A stretch of DNA of 53,207 bases, filler included, from Barthelona sp. PAP020 (Eukaryota), in the NCBI GenBank assembly GCA_040182905.1. It is 2 parts of 2 records of this genome, joined end to end, with 100 filler letters (N's around TTAATTAATTAA, not from the genome) between each part and the next. Parts side by side here need not be neighbours in the genome. Positions count along the whole stretch, not along the records: positions 1 to 26,546 come from JARQWU010000135.1; 1 more part is not named here. One strand, 5' to 3'. A model generated the notes under the pieces. The model saw only the letters and a list, made by a program, of their open reading frames with translations, ran no database searches and had not been told where the DNA came from. Made by a program: the position numbers and the translations under genes. Shown in pieces: positions 1-11,200 of the stretch. Every line of letters begins with the position of its first letter. Position 1 is the first letter of the stretch.

Positions 1-158
1 CCATACGTCAAGCACACGCTCTGGCCTCGCATCAGGTACAGGCTAGCTGGACTTCTCGCAGAGTTCTGGGCCCTGCTACAGGCAACAAAGTAACAATGTG
101 TAGCATTTGTTTTGTAAATAAGGAAAGATAGTAGTAGTAGTAGTAGGAGTAGGAGTAA
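1..158 (+). mobile_element. 3' end of an RLE-type non-LTR retrotransposon (ORF C-terminus, short 3' UTR, (TAG)n-type tail); runs off the left edge
   Basis: Frame +1 reads PYVKHTLWPRIRYRLAGLLAEFWALLQATK* (TAA 91-93). It aligns without gaps to the C-terminus of the element ORF ending at 22696 (YQQKVLFPRWKYSLAEIIFFARSELQKTT*). An AGT/TAG tandem run follows at ~128-158. A second copy lies at ~4018-4145. Confidence 0.65.
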
Positions 159-184
159 AACTCATTTTAGCGAACTTTGGATAG

Positions 185-420
185 AACCAGGGAAAATAAC
201 GGTTGAAATCTAATTTTTACGACCAAGCATGAAAATTTTAGAAAAACTTCCTCATCTCTGTTTTTGTATTTTGTATTTTGTAAAAGCAAAATTTTAAAGT
301 TGTTGAACTTTCACTTTGGAAAAATTGAAAGTTTTAGCAAATCAATTGAGTATTGAAAAACCTAAAATTCGTTCTTATTCACCCATATTCATGGTGTTTC
401 TTTATTTGGAAACAATCAAG
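185..420. repeat. Partial copy (one arm plus spacer) of the foldback/MITE-like element at 26647-27020
   Basis: Shares aaaagcaaaattttaaagt and the spacer segment tcttattcacccatattcatggtgtttc (cf. tcttattcactcatacgcacagtgcttc at ~26795-26822). Ends flush against the stop codon at 421. Confidence 0.7.
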
Positions 421-3057
421 TCAATTAAAATAGGGACTTAAAAGCTCAACTATTTGGGTATGACCTTCTCTTCTGGCAATATCCATCGCTGTCCATCCTT
501 GTTCGACCTTCAGATTAACATTAGCTCCATTATTCAACAGTAGTCTGACGACATCAACATGTCCATTTTGACAATTGGCATACAATGGAGAAGCCCCATC
601 ATTCTTACACAAATTAACATCAGCTCCATGATCCAAAAGCATTTTGACAACATCAAGACGACCATAATAACAACTGAAGAGCAGTGGAGACCAACCATAT
701 TCATCACATTGATTGGCATCAACCCCATAATCCTCTAAGAGCATTTTGGCAACATCAAGATGACCTTGATGGCAACTAATATACAATGCAGAGCAACCAT
801 ATTTATTACATTGATTGGCATCAACGTCATGATCCTCTAAGAGCATTTTGGCAACATCAAGATGACCTTGTCGACAACTAACATACAATGGAGACCAACC
901 TTCTTTATCACATTGATTGGAATCAGCTCCATGATCCAAGAGCATTTTGGCAACATCAAGATGACCATGAAGACAACTAACGAACAATGGAGAGCGACCA
1001 TCTTTATTACATTCATTAGCATCAACCCCATAATCCTCTAAGAGCATTTTGGCAACATCAAGACGACCATATACACAACCAATATACAATGGAGAGCGAC
1101 CATCTTTATCACATTGATTGGCATCAACCCCATGATCCAACAGCATCTTTACAATATCAAAATATCCCTTGAAACAACTGATGAACAACGGAGAAACCCC
1201 ATTAATCTTGCATTTATTAACGTCAGTTCCCTTATCCAAAAGCATTCGAACCACATTAATATGCCCATTTTCACAGGAAGTAAACAATGAAGAAGCACCC
1301 GAGTTCTTACAAAAATTGATGTCAACCTCAAAATCTAACAAAATCTCAACAATATCACTGTGCCCACAAGAAGAAGCCTCCCAAAGAATGGTATCTCTTT
1401 CATTTCCAGCCTTGATCCATTGTTTAACAACTTCCAATTCTCCATCACGCACACTATGATATATCGTATCTGTATTGCAGTATTCTGAAAAATTATCTGG
1501 AACAATAACTTCATATAATCTGTGTTTCACATAAGAATCAAAAAGGGCAGCAGGAACGATTTCCAAGTCAGCAATCAACCCATTGAGATACTCAACTATT
1601 TCTAAAAACATTGGTCTTTTATTGGAATCATAATTAAAACACTGAGACATAAAATCGTATCCAATGGCTAATTCCAATTCTTCATCTTTAAAAGGCAATT
1701 CACCCTTATATAATTTTAGAGGAATTGTACGATCAGGAATTCCTTCAAAAGGCTGAAACATTGTCATCACTTCAAAGTATGTTGTTGCAAATGCCCAGCA
1801 ATCAATGCCAGGATGAGCAAAAATATCATTGGCTACCAATTCAGGAGGCATATAACAAAAGGTTCCTGTTTTAGACAACCTACTATGTCTTTCAAAACAA
1901 CGAACAAGCCCAAAATCGCACAGAACAGTAGTTCCATCATTTTTGATCAAAACATTCTTTGGATTGACATCTCGATGAATCACACCTTTACTATGACAAA
2001 ACTCAAGTGCAGAAGCCAGTTGTGACATACTAATTAATCTCTCAAGAACAGTCATTTCATGCATTCTTCTACTCAGTGTGTATGGGCAATATTCCATCAC
2101 AATGCCCCATTTAATTTGACGTGCGACCTCCTTAGATGTCATACCATAAACTTTGCAAATAAATGGATGAGGAAATGTGACAGAAATACATTCACCTTTC
2201 ACTTCTTTTTTAGTTGAATCACGGGTATACTTTATAGCAACATCGGAGCGTTGATATTGACCAAAATAAACTGTGCCAAAACCACCCGATCCTAATTCCC
2301 TTTCTTCATTTAACAGTTCATAATCAATAAAAGGAACCTCAAACCCAGAACTGACGAGTTTGCGTTCAAATTCATTCATTTTTTGTTGCAACTCTTCCAT
2401 CTTTTTCTTACGTTCTAAAGGGTCCATTTTCGACATTTCATTCAATTCCAAATTTCGTTTTGAATTGAAAATTTCATCCATATATTCAATATGCTTGTTT
2501 ATTTTATCACAAATATTGGCAGGAAGTGGTGAAATGGAGAAATACTTTCCACTTGACATGTTATTCAAATTCTTATTTAAATTCATAGTTAAATTCTTGT
2601 TTAAATCGTCAAGCTTGTGGTGTAAACAAATTAAATCCTCGAAATAACTTTCATGAACAAATTTTCCAAATAAACTAACACAAATTCGATTTTCAATTAA
2701 CTTTCTAGATTTCTCACAATATTCGGAAAAATGATTCAAATATTCTTCGAATCCAATATTTGTCCAATTTTGTGTCAATATTTCTTCAAAACTACCCAAA
2801 AACCAAAGCATTCTGAAATATAAGATTAAAGCATCTTTTTCCACTTTTTTCACATTAGTAAATCCAATTCGAAGCTCTTTTGCAACATTTAAAATCAATA
2901 CATTGTGTTGAGAAAGAGACATAAAGATTAAATCAAAATCTACCCTTTCAATGAACTCTTGAAAGTCACTAAAATCGTTAAAAGTATCTAAAAGTGACGT
3001 TTGGTAGTCTTTTAGAGTATCACACATCGAGAATGATGAAAAAAAATGATTTTCCAT
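421..3057 (-). CDS. Helical N-terminal domain + protein kinase (TKL-like) + ~11 ankyrin repeats
   Basis: Kinase motifs LGSGGFGTV, VAIK, HRDVNPKN, LCDFG, GTFCYMPPE, DCWAF. Ankyrin consensus SPLxxSCxxGHLDVAKMLL. First ATG is 3057; ATG 3027 (MCDTLKDYQ) is the start conserved in the paralogue. Stop TGA 421-423. Confidence 0.92.
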   Translation of the reverse strand: MENHFFSSFSMCDTLKDYQTSLLDTFNDFSDFQEFIERVDFDLIFMSLSQHNVLILNVAKELRIGFTNVKKVEKDALILYFRMLWFLGSFEEILTQNWTNIGFEEYLNHFSEYCEKSRKLIENRICVSLFGKFVHESYFEDLICLHHKLDDLNKNLTMNLNKNLNNMSSGKYFSISPLPANICDKINKHIEYMDEIFNSKRNLELNEMSKMDPLERKKKMEELQQKMNEFERKLVSSGFEVPFIDYELLNEERELGSGGFGTVYFGQYQRSDVAIKYTRDSTKKEVKGECISVTFPHPFICKVYGMTSKEVARQIKWGIVMEYCPYTLSRRMHEMTVLERLISMSQLASALEFCHSKGVIHRDVNPKNVLIKNDGTTVLCDFGLVRCFERHSRLSKTGTFCYMPPELVANDIFAHPGIDCWAFATTYFEVMTMFQPFEGIPDRTIPLKLYKGELPFKDEELELAIGYDFMSQCFNYDSNKRPMFLEIVEYLNGLIADLEIVPAALFDSYVKHRLYEVIVPDNFSEYCNTDTIYHSVRDGELEVVKQWIKAGNERDTILWEASSCGHSDIVEILLDFEVDINFCKNSGASSLFTSCENGHINVVRMLLDKGTDVNKCKINGVSPLFISCFKGYFDIVKMLLDHGVDANQCDKDGRSPLYIGCVYGRLDVAKMLLEDYGVDANECNKDGRSPLFVSCLHGHLDVAKMLLDHGADSNQCDKEGWSPLYVSCRQGHLDVAKMLLEDHDVDANQCNKYGCSALYISCHQGHLDVAKMLLEDYGVDANQCDEYGWSPLLFSCYYGRLDVVKMLLDHGADVNLCKNDGASPLYANCQNGHVDVVRLLLNNGANVNLKVEQGWTAMDIARREGHTQIVELLSPYFN

Positions 3058-3729
3058 TTTTTTGTTCAATCAATTATTTTCTTTTTTGAACCAACTGAAC
3101 AACAAATATTTACTCTTTTTACAATCATTTGTCTCATTCTTCATTCAACCCAACTACATCCTGGAACAATAAATAAATAAAGGAAAAACAAATTTTTGTA
3201 AAGAACTATGTGCAAATATATTATTAAAAGAGAAATTGGAACTCCATTTTCACAAATCAAGGATTGTTGAAATAATCTCAAAATAAAGGGTGCAAACAGA
3301 TGAATTGAGGAAAGAAAGAAATGTTTTAGCAGCAGTCAATGTACATCTTGTTGAAGTTGAATTGAAAGAATTAGAATATTGTTTTGTAGAAAACAGACTG
3401 CTGATATTACGTTTGGTAAAATCCTTGAAAATGTTAGACCACTTTACAACCATTCTTTGAGAGGATTTTCAAGCCAAATAACCAAAACAAAAAGGATCGT
3501 TTTCAATTACTTCTTTTACTCCAAAAAATCTTGCCAAATTATCAAAGATCAGCATTATTTCTAAAAAAAACAATAATAAAGTAGAAACTCACAAAGTCTT
3601 TTCCCAAACGAAGAAAAGGAAAACAGCCCGTTTGTAAAAGCGACAGTTGTTGTGTCACGAACTATGATGGATAAAAGTTCAAGCAAATAAATATATTTTA
3701 ATGAAATTTATCAAACAAATACTTTGGAA

Positions 3730-4145
3730 TTCAGAAACATAGAAAGTGGATTCTTTGTAACAAAGCAGATCAGCTCAGAATAGGTTTGGGGAGCTTATTG
3801 ATCTTGTTAAAGGGAGTACCAACAAAAAAACGAGAGAAACACCGGCAAGGGGCTATTTAACAACAATTTTTATTCACATAAAGAGTGGATTCAAGAGAGC
3901 TCTTCACAAAGAATAAATTCAAGGAGATCAAGAATGTTAAGAATCGTTTCTTTTGTAAAAAAGCGGTCTCCACTCTCACAATAACCTTTAGAATGGTAAA
4001 TTCTGCAAAGCGTCTCTCCCAACGTCAAGCACACAATTTGGTCTCGCATCAGGCACAGGCTAGTTTGGCTTCTGACGGAGTTCTGGGCCTTGCTACAGGC
4101 AACAAAGTAACAATGTCAAGTATCTTTTCAAATAAACAGGGAAAA
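3730..4145 (+). mobile_element. Degenerate 3' fragment (RLE endonuclease region) of a non-LTR retrotransposon
   Basis: Broken frames give GELI...TPARGYLTTI...HIKSGFKRALHK...*NGKFCKASL, matching GDTI...EARADLQI...DIQKGVSRK...EHGKFAQDTL of the 22696 ORF. 4018-4145 is nucleotide-similar to 1-130. Confidence 0.55.
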
Positions 4146-4151
4146 TAGGTA

Positions 4152-7100
4152 TCACTGCGATAAATTGTAATATGGCTCCAAAAGTTCAACGATTGCAGGA
4201 TGACCTTCAAATTTAGCAACATATTTGGCTGAATAATTTCGGCATTTTTTGAACACATCAGCTCCACGATCCAAAAGCATTTTAACAACATCATAATGAC
4301 CTTTTTGACAGCTAGCAAACAATGGAGAAACACCATTATTCTTGCACAAATTAACATCAGCCCCTTGATCCAAGAGCATTTTGGCCACATCAAGATGTCC
4401 ATTTTTACAGCTAATGAATAATGGAGAAGCACCATCAGCCCTCGGCAAATTAACATCAGCTCCATGAACCAAGAGCATTTCTGCAACATCAAGATGACCA
4501 TTTTGACAACTCACATACAATGGAGAAGCACTATTATTTAAGCACAAATTGACATCAGCTCCATAATCCAAAAGCATTTCAGCAACATCAAGATGACCAT
4601 TTTGACAACCAACGAACAATGGAGAAGTGTCATTGGCATCACACAAATTAACATCACTTCCGTGATCCAAGAGCATTTTAACAACATCAAAATGACTATT
4701 TTGACAACTTACATACAATGGAGAAACACCACCATTCATACACAAATTAAAATTGGCTCCATTATCCAACAGCATTTTAGCAATATCAAAATGGCCATTG
4801 TAACAACTAACGAACAGTGGAGAAGTTCTTACTTGAACATAAATTAACATCAGCCCCACGACCCAAAAGCATATTGGCAACATCAACATGCCCATTCTGA
4901 CAACTAATGAACAATGGAGAAACACCATTATTATCACACAAGCTCACATCAGCTCCATAATCCAAGAGAATTTTGGCAACATCAAGATGACCTTTTTCAC
5001 AACAAATATATAATGGAGATGTACGATCATACCTACACAAGCTGACATCAGCTCCATGATCTAAGAGCATTTTGGCAACATTAAAATGACCCTTTTCACA
5101 ACAAATATATAATGGAGATGTACGATCCTCATACCTACACAAGCTGACATCAGCTTCATAATGAAGAAGTATTTTGGCAACATCAAAATGACCATTTTGA
5201 CAACTGATGTATAATGGAGAAGTACCACTATTGCTACATAAATCAACGTCAGCTCCATAATCAAGAAGTATTTTGGCAATATCAAAATGACCATTGTAAC
5301 AACCAACAAACAATGGAGAAACACCATCATTATTGCACAAACTGATATCAGCCCCGTGATCTAAGAGCATTTTAGCAATATTCAAATATCCCTTTGAACA
5401 ACTGATACACAACGAAGAAACTCCATTGATCTTACAATGGTTGGTATCAGTTTCTTTGTCTAAAAGAGTTCGAAACACATAACTATGCTGATTTTCACAA
5501 CCAGCAAACAATGAAGAGGCACTAGTATTCATACAAAAGTTCACATCAACCTCAAAATCCAACACAAACTTAACAATAGCACTGTCCCCATAAGAAGAAG
5601 CCTCCCAAAGAACCGTTTCTCCTTCATTTCCAGTCTTTATCCATTGTTTGACCGCTTGTAAATTTCCATTTCGAACATAATGGTGTATTGTCTCTGTATT
5701 GCGATATTTGAAAAAATTATCTGGAACAACAACTTCATACAATCTATGTTTCACATAAGAATCACAAATAGTGAACTCAACTCTTTTCTTTTCTTCCTCG
5801 TTATTTTCTTCCAAATTATGTTTCTTAAAATAATCACGAACAATGAGAGAAACACATTTTTTCAAATCCACAATCAACCCATTGAGATACTCAACTATTT
5901 CTGAAAACATTGGTCTTTTATCGGAATCATAATTAAAACACAGAGACATAAAATTATTTCCAATGGCTGATTCTAATTCTTCACGTTTAAAAGGCAATTT
6001 ACCCTTCTCTAATTTTAGAGGAATTGTACGATCAGGAATTCCTTTAAAAGGCTTAAACATTGTCATCACTTCAAAGTAAGTTGTTGCAAATGCCCAGCAA
6101 TCAATGCCAGGATGAGCAAAAATTTCATTGTTTACCAATTCAGGAGGCATATAACAAATCGTTCCCACAGTAGATAACCTACTATTTCTTTCAAAACAAC
6201 GAACAAGCCCAAAATCACAAAGAGCAGTTGTTCCATCATTTCTGATCAAAACATTCTTTGGATTGACATCTCGATGAATCACACCCTTGCTATGACAAAA
6301 CTCAAGTGCAGAAGCCAGTTGTAACATACTAATTAATCTCTCAAGAACAGTCATTTTATGCATTTTTGTATTCAGTGTGTATGGGCAATATTCCATCACA
6401 AAACCCCACTGAATTGTACAACCCACTTCCTTAGATGTCATACCATACACTTTACATATAAATTGATGAGGAAATGCTGTTGCAATACATTCATCTTTGA
6501 CTTTTTCTTCAGTTGAATCAAATGTTAACTTAACAGCAATATCAGCATGTTGATATGTTCCTTTGCTAACTGTACCATATCCACCTGATCCCAATACTGT
6601 TGAAATATTTAGTGCCTTATAATCGATAATGGGAATGTCAAAATCTGAATTTAAACGCCTATTTTCAACTTCTTTAACTTTATGCTGTACCTTTTCCATC
6701 TTATTCTTACGTTCTAAAGTGTCCATTCTGGACTGTTCATTCATTTGTAGATTTTGGTTTTATTGCAGATTTTTTCCCATATTAACTATATGCTTGATTA
6801 TTGTCTTGGAAACATCATCAGGGAGTACTGAAATGGAGAAAGATTTTCCACTTGAAAAATTATTCAATTTCTTGTCTAAACCGTCAAGCTTAGCGTACAA
6901 ATTAATTAAATCCTTGAAATAACTTTCAGGCATAAATTTTCCAAACAAAGTCTATTTTCAATTAATTTCATAACTACTCCACAATATTCGGAAAAATGAT
7001 TCAAATATTCTTCTAATTCAATGCTTGTACAATTTTGTGCCAATATTTCTTCAAAACTGCCTAAAAACCAAAGTATTCTAAAGTATAATATGAAAGCATC

Positions 7101-7292
7101 TTCTTCCACTTTTCTTATATTAATAAATCCAATTTGAAGCTCTTTTGCAATATCTAAAATTGATACATTATGTTCAGAAAGAGACATAAAGATTAAATCA
7201 AAATCTACACTTTCAATGAATTCTGGAATCCTTCGAAAATCGTTAAAAGTATCTAAAAGTGACTTTTGGTAGGCTTTTAAATCATTACACAT
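4152..7292 (-). pseudogene. Kinase-ankyrin paralogue of 421-3057 (~16 ankyrin repeats), disrupted
   Basis: Colinear with the 421-3057 protein across ORFs 6906-7310, 6760-6948, 4807-6744 and 4152-4937. Lesions: 10-nt deletion at ~6947 relative to the paralogue, in-frame TAA at 6760-6762, ~2-nt deletion at ~4829. The kinase (4807-6744 ORF) is itself uninterrupted. Confidence 0.85.
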
Positions 7293-7821
7293 CAAAAATG
7301 AAAAAACCACTAAATTTCTTTCTTTATTCAGTCAAATATTTTCTTTTCAAACCTTTGGAGTTACAGACCTTTCCTCTTTTTATAATTGTTTACCTTATTT
7401 TTCATTCATTTATTCAACCCAACAACATTCTGAAACAATAAAAATCAAAGAATTTTTTTTTTCAACGAAATAAATGTATTAAAATATTATTGACCAAAAA
7501 ATTGGAACTCTAAATCCCTATCTTCACAAATTACGCATTCTTCTGAAATGATCTCAGAGTTAGTTCCACAGGCAGGAGAATTGAAACAAGATTGTAATGG
7601 TTTGGTGAATGACATTAACTGGTTGAAGTAGAACATTTGGAATCTAAATATTGCTTTGCAGAAAACTGATCGCTGACATCTTTCACTAATAAATTGGAAT
7701 TACAGGCAAATATTCATTTTCATTTATAAATTTTTTTTGTTTATAGACTTTGTTTCTGAGAGCTTGGGATTTTATTGGGGTGATCGAACTTGTCTTGAGC
7801 GTAATTGATGTCGAAAGGTAG

Positions 7822-8245
7822 TCTTCTTTTTTTTTTTTTAAAAAAAATGAGGGTTGTTCACAAGCCTATTATTTTTGGCGAATCGAAATTTTCCGATTCT
7901 TCCTTTTTCCCTCGAGGTACGGAACTTTTCCTTAACCTACCCCCAAATTTTTGACCTGCCACGGTAAATACATGAAAACTTGCACAATTAGGATAAATTT
8001 TAAAGAGATCGGAGTGTTAAGCTTTTTTGTGCAAAAAATAATGCAATATTTCACACCCAGTATAGGGGTTAGCTCTCCTATATCAGCCTATGAAAGAGTA
8101 GGTCTCAAAAAAGAGAGGTTCCTTTCAGGAATCCTGGACCCCCCGAAAAGAATAAAGATTAAGGTTTATTATTTATTGGTCAATTGAGATTCCCAGTCTC
8201 TGATTTGGATAAGTTGTGGAAAAGGTTCGTACAAGAAGAAAAAAA
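7822..8245. repeat. Dispersed repeat family B, long copy
   Basis: ~7838-7938 and ~8133-8242 match the reverse complement of ~42205-42430 (e.g. agattcccagtctctgatttgg, tcttcctttttccctc). The central ~190 nt are absent from the other copy. Confidence 0.85.
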
Positions 8246-8289
8246 ATAAATATTGACAAAATTTATCCAAACACCACTTCATGATAAAT

Positions 8290-11200
8290 TTAACTAAAAA
8301 TGTCCAACATCTGCTTCTCACTTAGCTGTCCATTATCTAAATCCGACAAAGTTATTGAAAAGTATTTCTTTCTTTGTTTTGCATCATCTATAAGCATATT
8401 CCAGACATCCACAGTTTTCAAAATATTTTCATTTCCTATTACCACACATTTATGCTTGGCCCGAGTCAAAGCAACATTGGCACGTGATTGATCTTTTATA
8501 AAACCAGACTTTGTTGTTCGAACCAAGCTAATCAGCACCAAATCAGCCTCTTGTCCTTGAAAGGAATCAACTGTTGAGATCTTAATTTTGCTGAAAAAGT
8601 CTTCAAACAAAGGACGATTGTCAATTTTCTTCTTTTCAAGAATCAATCGTTTCATTGAAAGCAAATCCTTCAGCATTGCACCTTTTTGTCCAACATAAGG
8701 AGTAATAACAGAAATATTTGGCATCTTTGAATTTGTGAGTTCAACAGCTCTTAAAGTTTGTAACAGAATGTAAATGCATATATCTATCTCAAAATTATTT
8801 TTAAAAGACGACTTAAATTGATACTCTGAATGTTGAATTAAGGAGGTATTGATCATAAAATATGGTTCTGCTTGACAAATGTTTTGATTAAACTGGGCAT
8901 AATTAAAGTTGACAAAGGTAGGTATTGACTCATGTGCAACAGTTTGTAATTTCCCATCATAAAAGTAATGATTGGGGAACTCACATATTTCAGTGTTCAT
9001 ACGGTATTGTGTGTCCAAAAACTCAACAGAAATTCCGGCTCTTTGAATACGTTCAAAGGCACTTTGTTCAAGGACTTCCCGATGATTCATTGAGAGGATT
9101 GTGGCAGGCAATTGTTTAGGATCTCCAATTATTATTACTGAAGTAGTCGGCTTACAATACGCCAAAGCAATTAGCAGTTCTGGTTCAGTGCATTGGGCAG
9201 CCTCATCAATAACTATGTAATCAAATTCAGTTCTCAAAGAATTCGGATTTGATGCAGCGGTGTAACAATCAAAGTGTTTTGATAACAAGCGATTTCCACT
9301 GGATCCTAACGTAGTGGCAATAATTGAACCACTTTGCAACCATTTCTTCTGAAGTTCACGCTTTTTATGAACAAAATCATCAACTTCATCTGCAGTATTT
9401 TTTCGTTTAAACTCGTTTTCAGAAACTCTTCGTCCTAAAATGGAGATTTTGCTTTGTAATTTCTTGATTTGTTCCAAAATTTCATCTTTCTTCACCTTGT
9501 CGGTAGTTACAGCACACTTTTGTCCCAATTTCTTTGCTTCACTCTGTAATCTTACCAGTTCAAGATGATCTATTTTAATTTTCTTTTCAAGATCAACACC
9601 AACTGAAGCATTAAAAGAATCATTGTATTTCCTCATATAATTTTCAAAACTAAACTCTTTGGCAGCTTCATCAAACTGACTATAAACACCAACTCTTCTA
9701 GCTTTGTGCTTTAAACGACAATCTTTTATCAAATGCATGGTTTTTAATAAAGCTGTATCAGTTGCCGCATTTGAAGGAGCACACAGAAGAACATGTGGAC
9801 TTCTTCCATCATCTAAAGGCATATTTAACAAATAACAGATCAAATGACTGAGCAACACCGTTTTTCCTGTTCCTGGTGGACCTTGAACTAGGGTAATGCA
9901 AGGATATTCGGCATCTATATCTTTGGGATGATTTTTAATTCTGGTGACAATGCGTGTGAGTATTTTTTGTTGAGTCGAATTCAAATATTTCATTAATCTG
10001 TCTTGAAATAATGGTGGAAGTTCAACTTTCCCAATAAACTTTTGGAAAGGCTCTTCTCGGTATTGCTTAAAATCAATTGTTGAAGGGATCAACCAAAACT
10101 TAGCAATAGCAAATAAATTTATAGCTTGTAATGCAGAAACTGCGCGAGATATGCCCGAATTAGTGGAAAAAGGCATTAAATAGATGGGCAAACCCTTCTG
10201 AAAGAATTTAATTTTGGGCAAATTGGGATTGCGACTATTCTTTATGCTATCGGTAGCAATTGGTAAGGAATCTGGGCCTCTGAAAACAAGAAGATAAAAT
10301 GAAAGCAAAATAGACTTCATTTTTGACTTCTTTGGCTGAATGATTTTTGGTGCATTATCAAGCATACAAATTGAAAATACATTAAATCTGGGTTTTCCCT
10401 TTGTCGGTCTGCTAATCTCTTGATCAAATAGATTGTTTAATTGTCGTTCAATAGGAATATCACTCAATAGGAAAAAGGTCTCTTCCTGTCCATACAACTG
10501 CAGATCAATGTTATTACTGTCAAAAGTGTCTTCCAGAGGAATTAAAAGGGTTAGTTTAGACAGGTTAGAATCAAACTCAAACTCATACTGATCGGATGCG
10601 AATGGTCTATTGTACAATGAAATAACAGAACTTGCAGAAGAACGACCCAATATAGAATCACAAAGGGCATGAAAATCCTTACGAAAATGTTCTCGTAATT
10701 CAAACGAAAGACTTTCTGTAAACAATTTCTGATAGTGTTGAACACTTTGAAAGTCTGTCGGAATATCCTCTACATACTTTGACGTGAGTAGTTTTTTGTA
10801 GTCTTTGAATGATGAACTAATGACAAAATCTTCTTGCGCAGATCTGTTATGAATGAGTGTACCAGGGTCTAAGAAAAGTATGTTGCGGAAAAATTCACTC
10901 TTCAGTTGCCCATCGGGAACAAAGAAGTTTGGCCCCAATTTATCCTCAATCTTTCTGGGAAGCATTAATTTTTTTAAATTGCTGCTAGAATTCTTTTTAA
11001 GTTTTGGTTCAAACTTTCTTTCAACTGGTTTTAAATGGTCTTGATTGAATATATCCTTTGAATATTTGTCTTTTGGCAGCACAATTGAAATCGGCTTGAC
11101 ACTTTTCTGGATTGGTTTATTTTCTTCTTCTTTCCTTGATTCAATTACCAAATCAATCTTTTTATGGTCTCGTGATTCAAGTTCAGGTTCTTTTTTATAC

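Noticed and set aside
3360..3420. Copia-like RNase H tail (EYC...QTADI / KYC...LIADIF, also ~7645-7690)
   Set aside because: Needs a frameshift in both copies and lacks the upstream KHID or other pol motifs; treated as duplicated upstream sequence.
6760..6762. In-frame TAA here and at 51193, and TGA at 22103/22193, as signs of stop-codon reassignment
   Set aside because: ORFs over 2000 codons contain no internal TAA/TAG/TGA, and all three codons terminate genes in the window. The in-frame stops fall in decayed or relic sequence.
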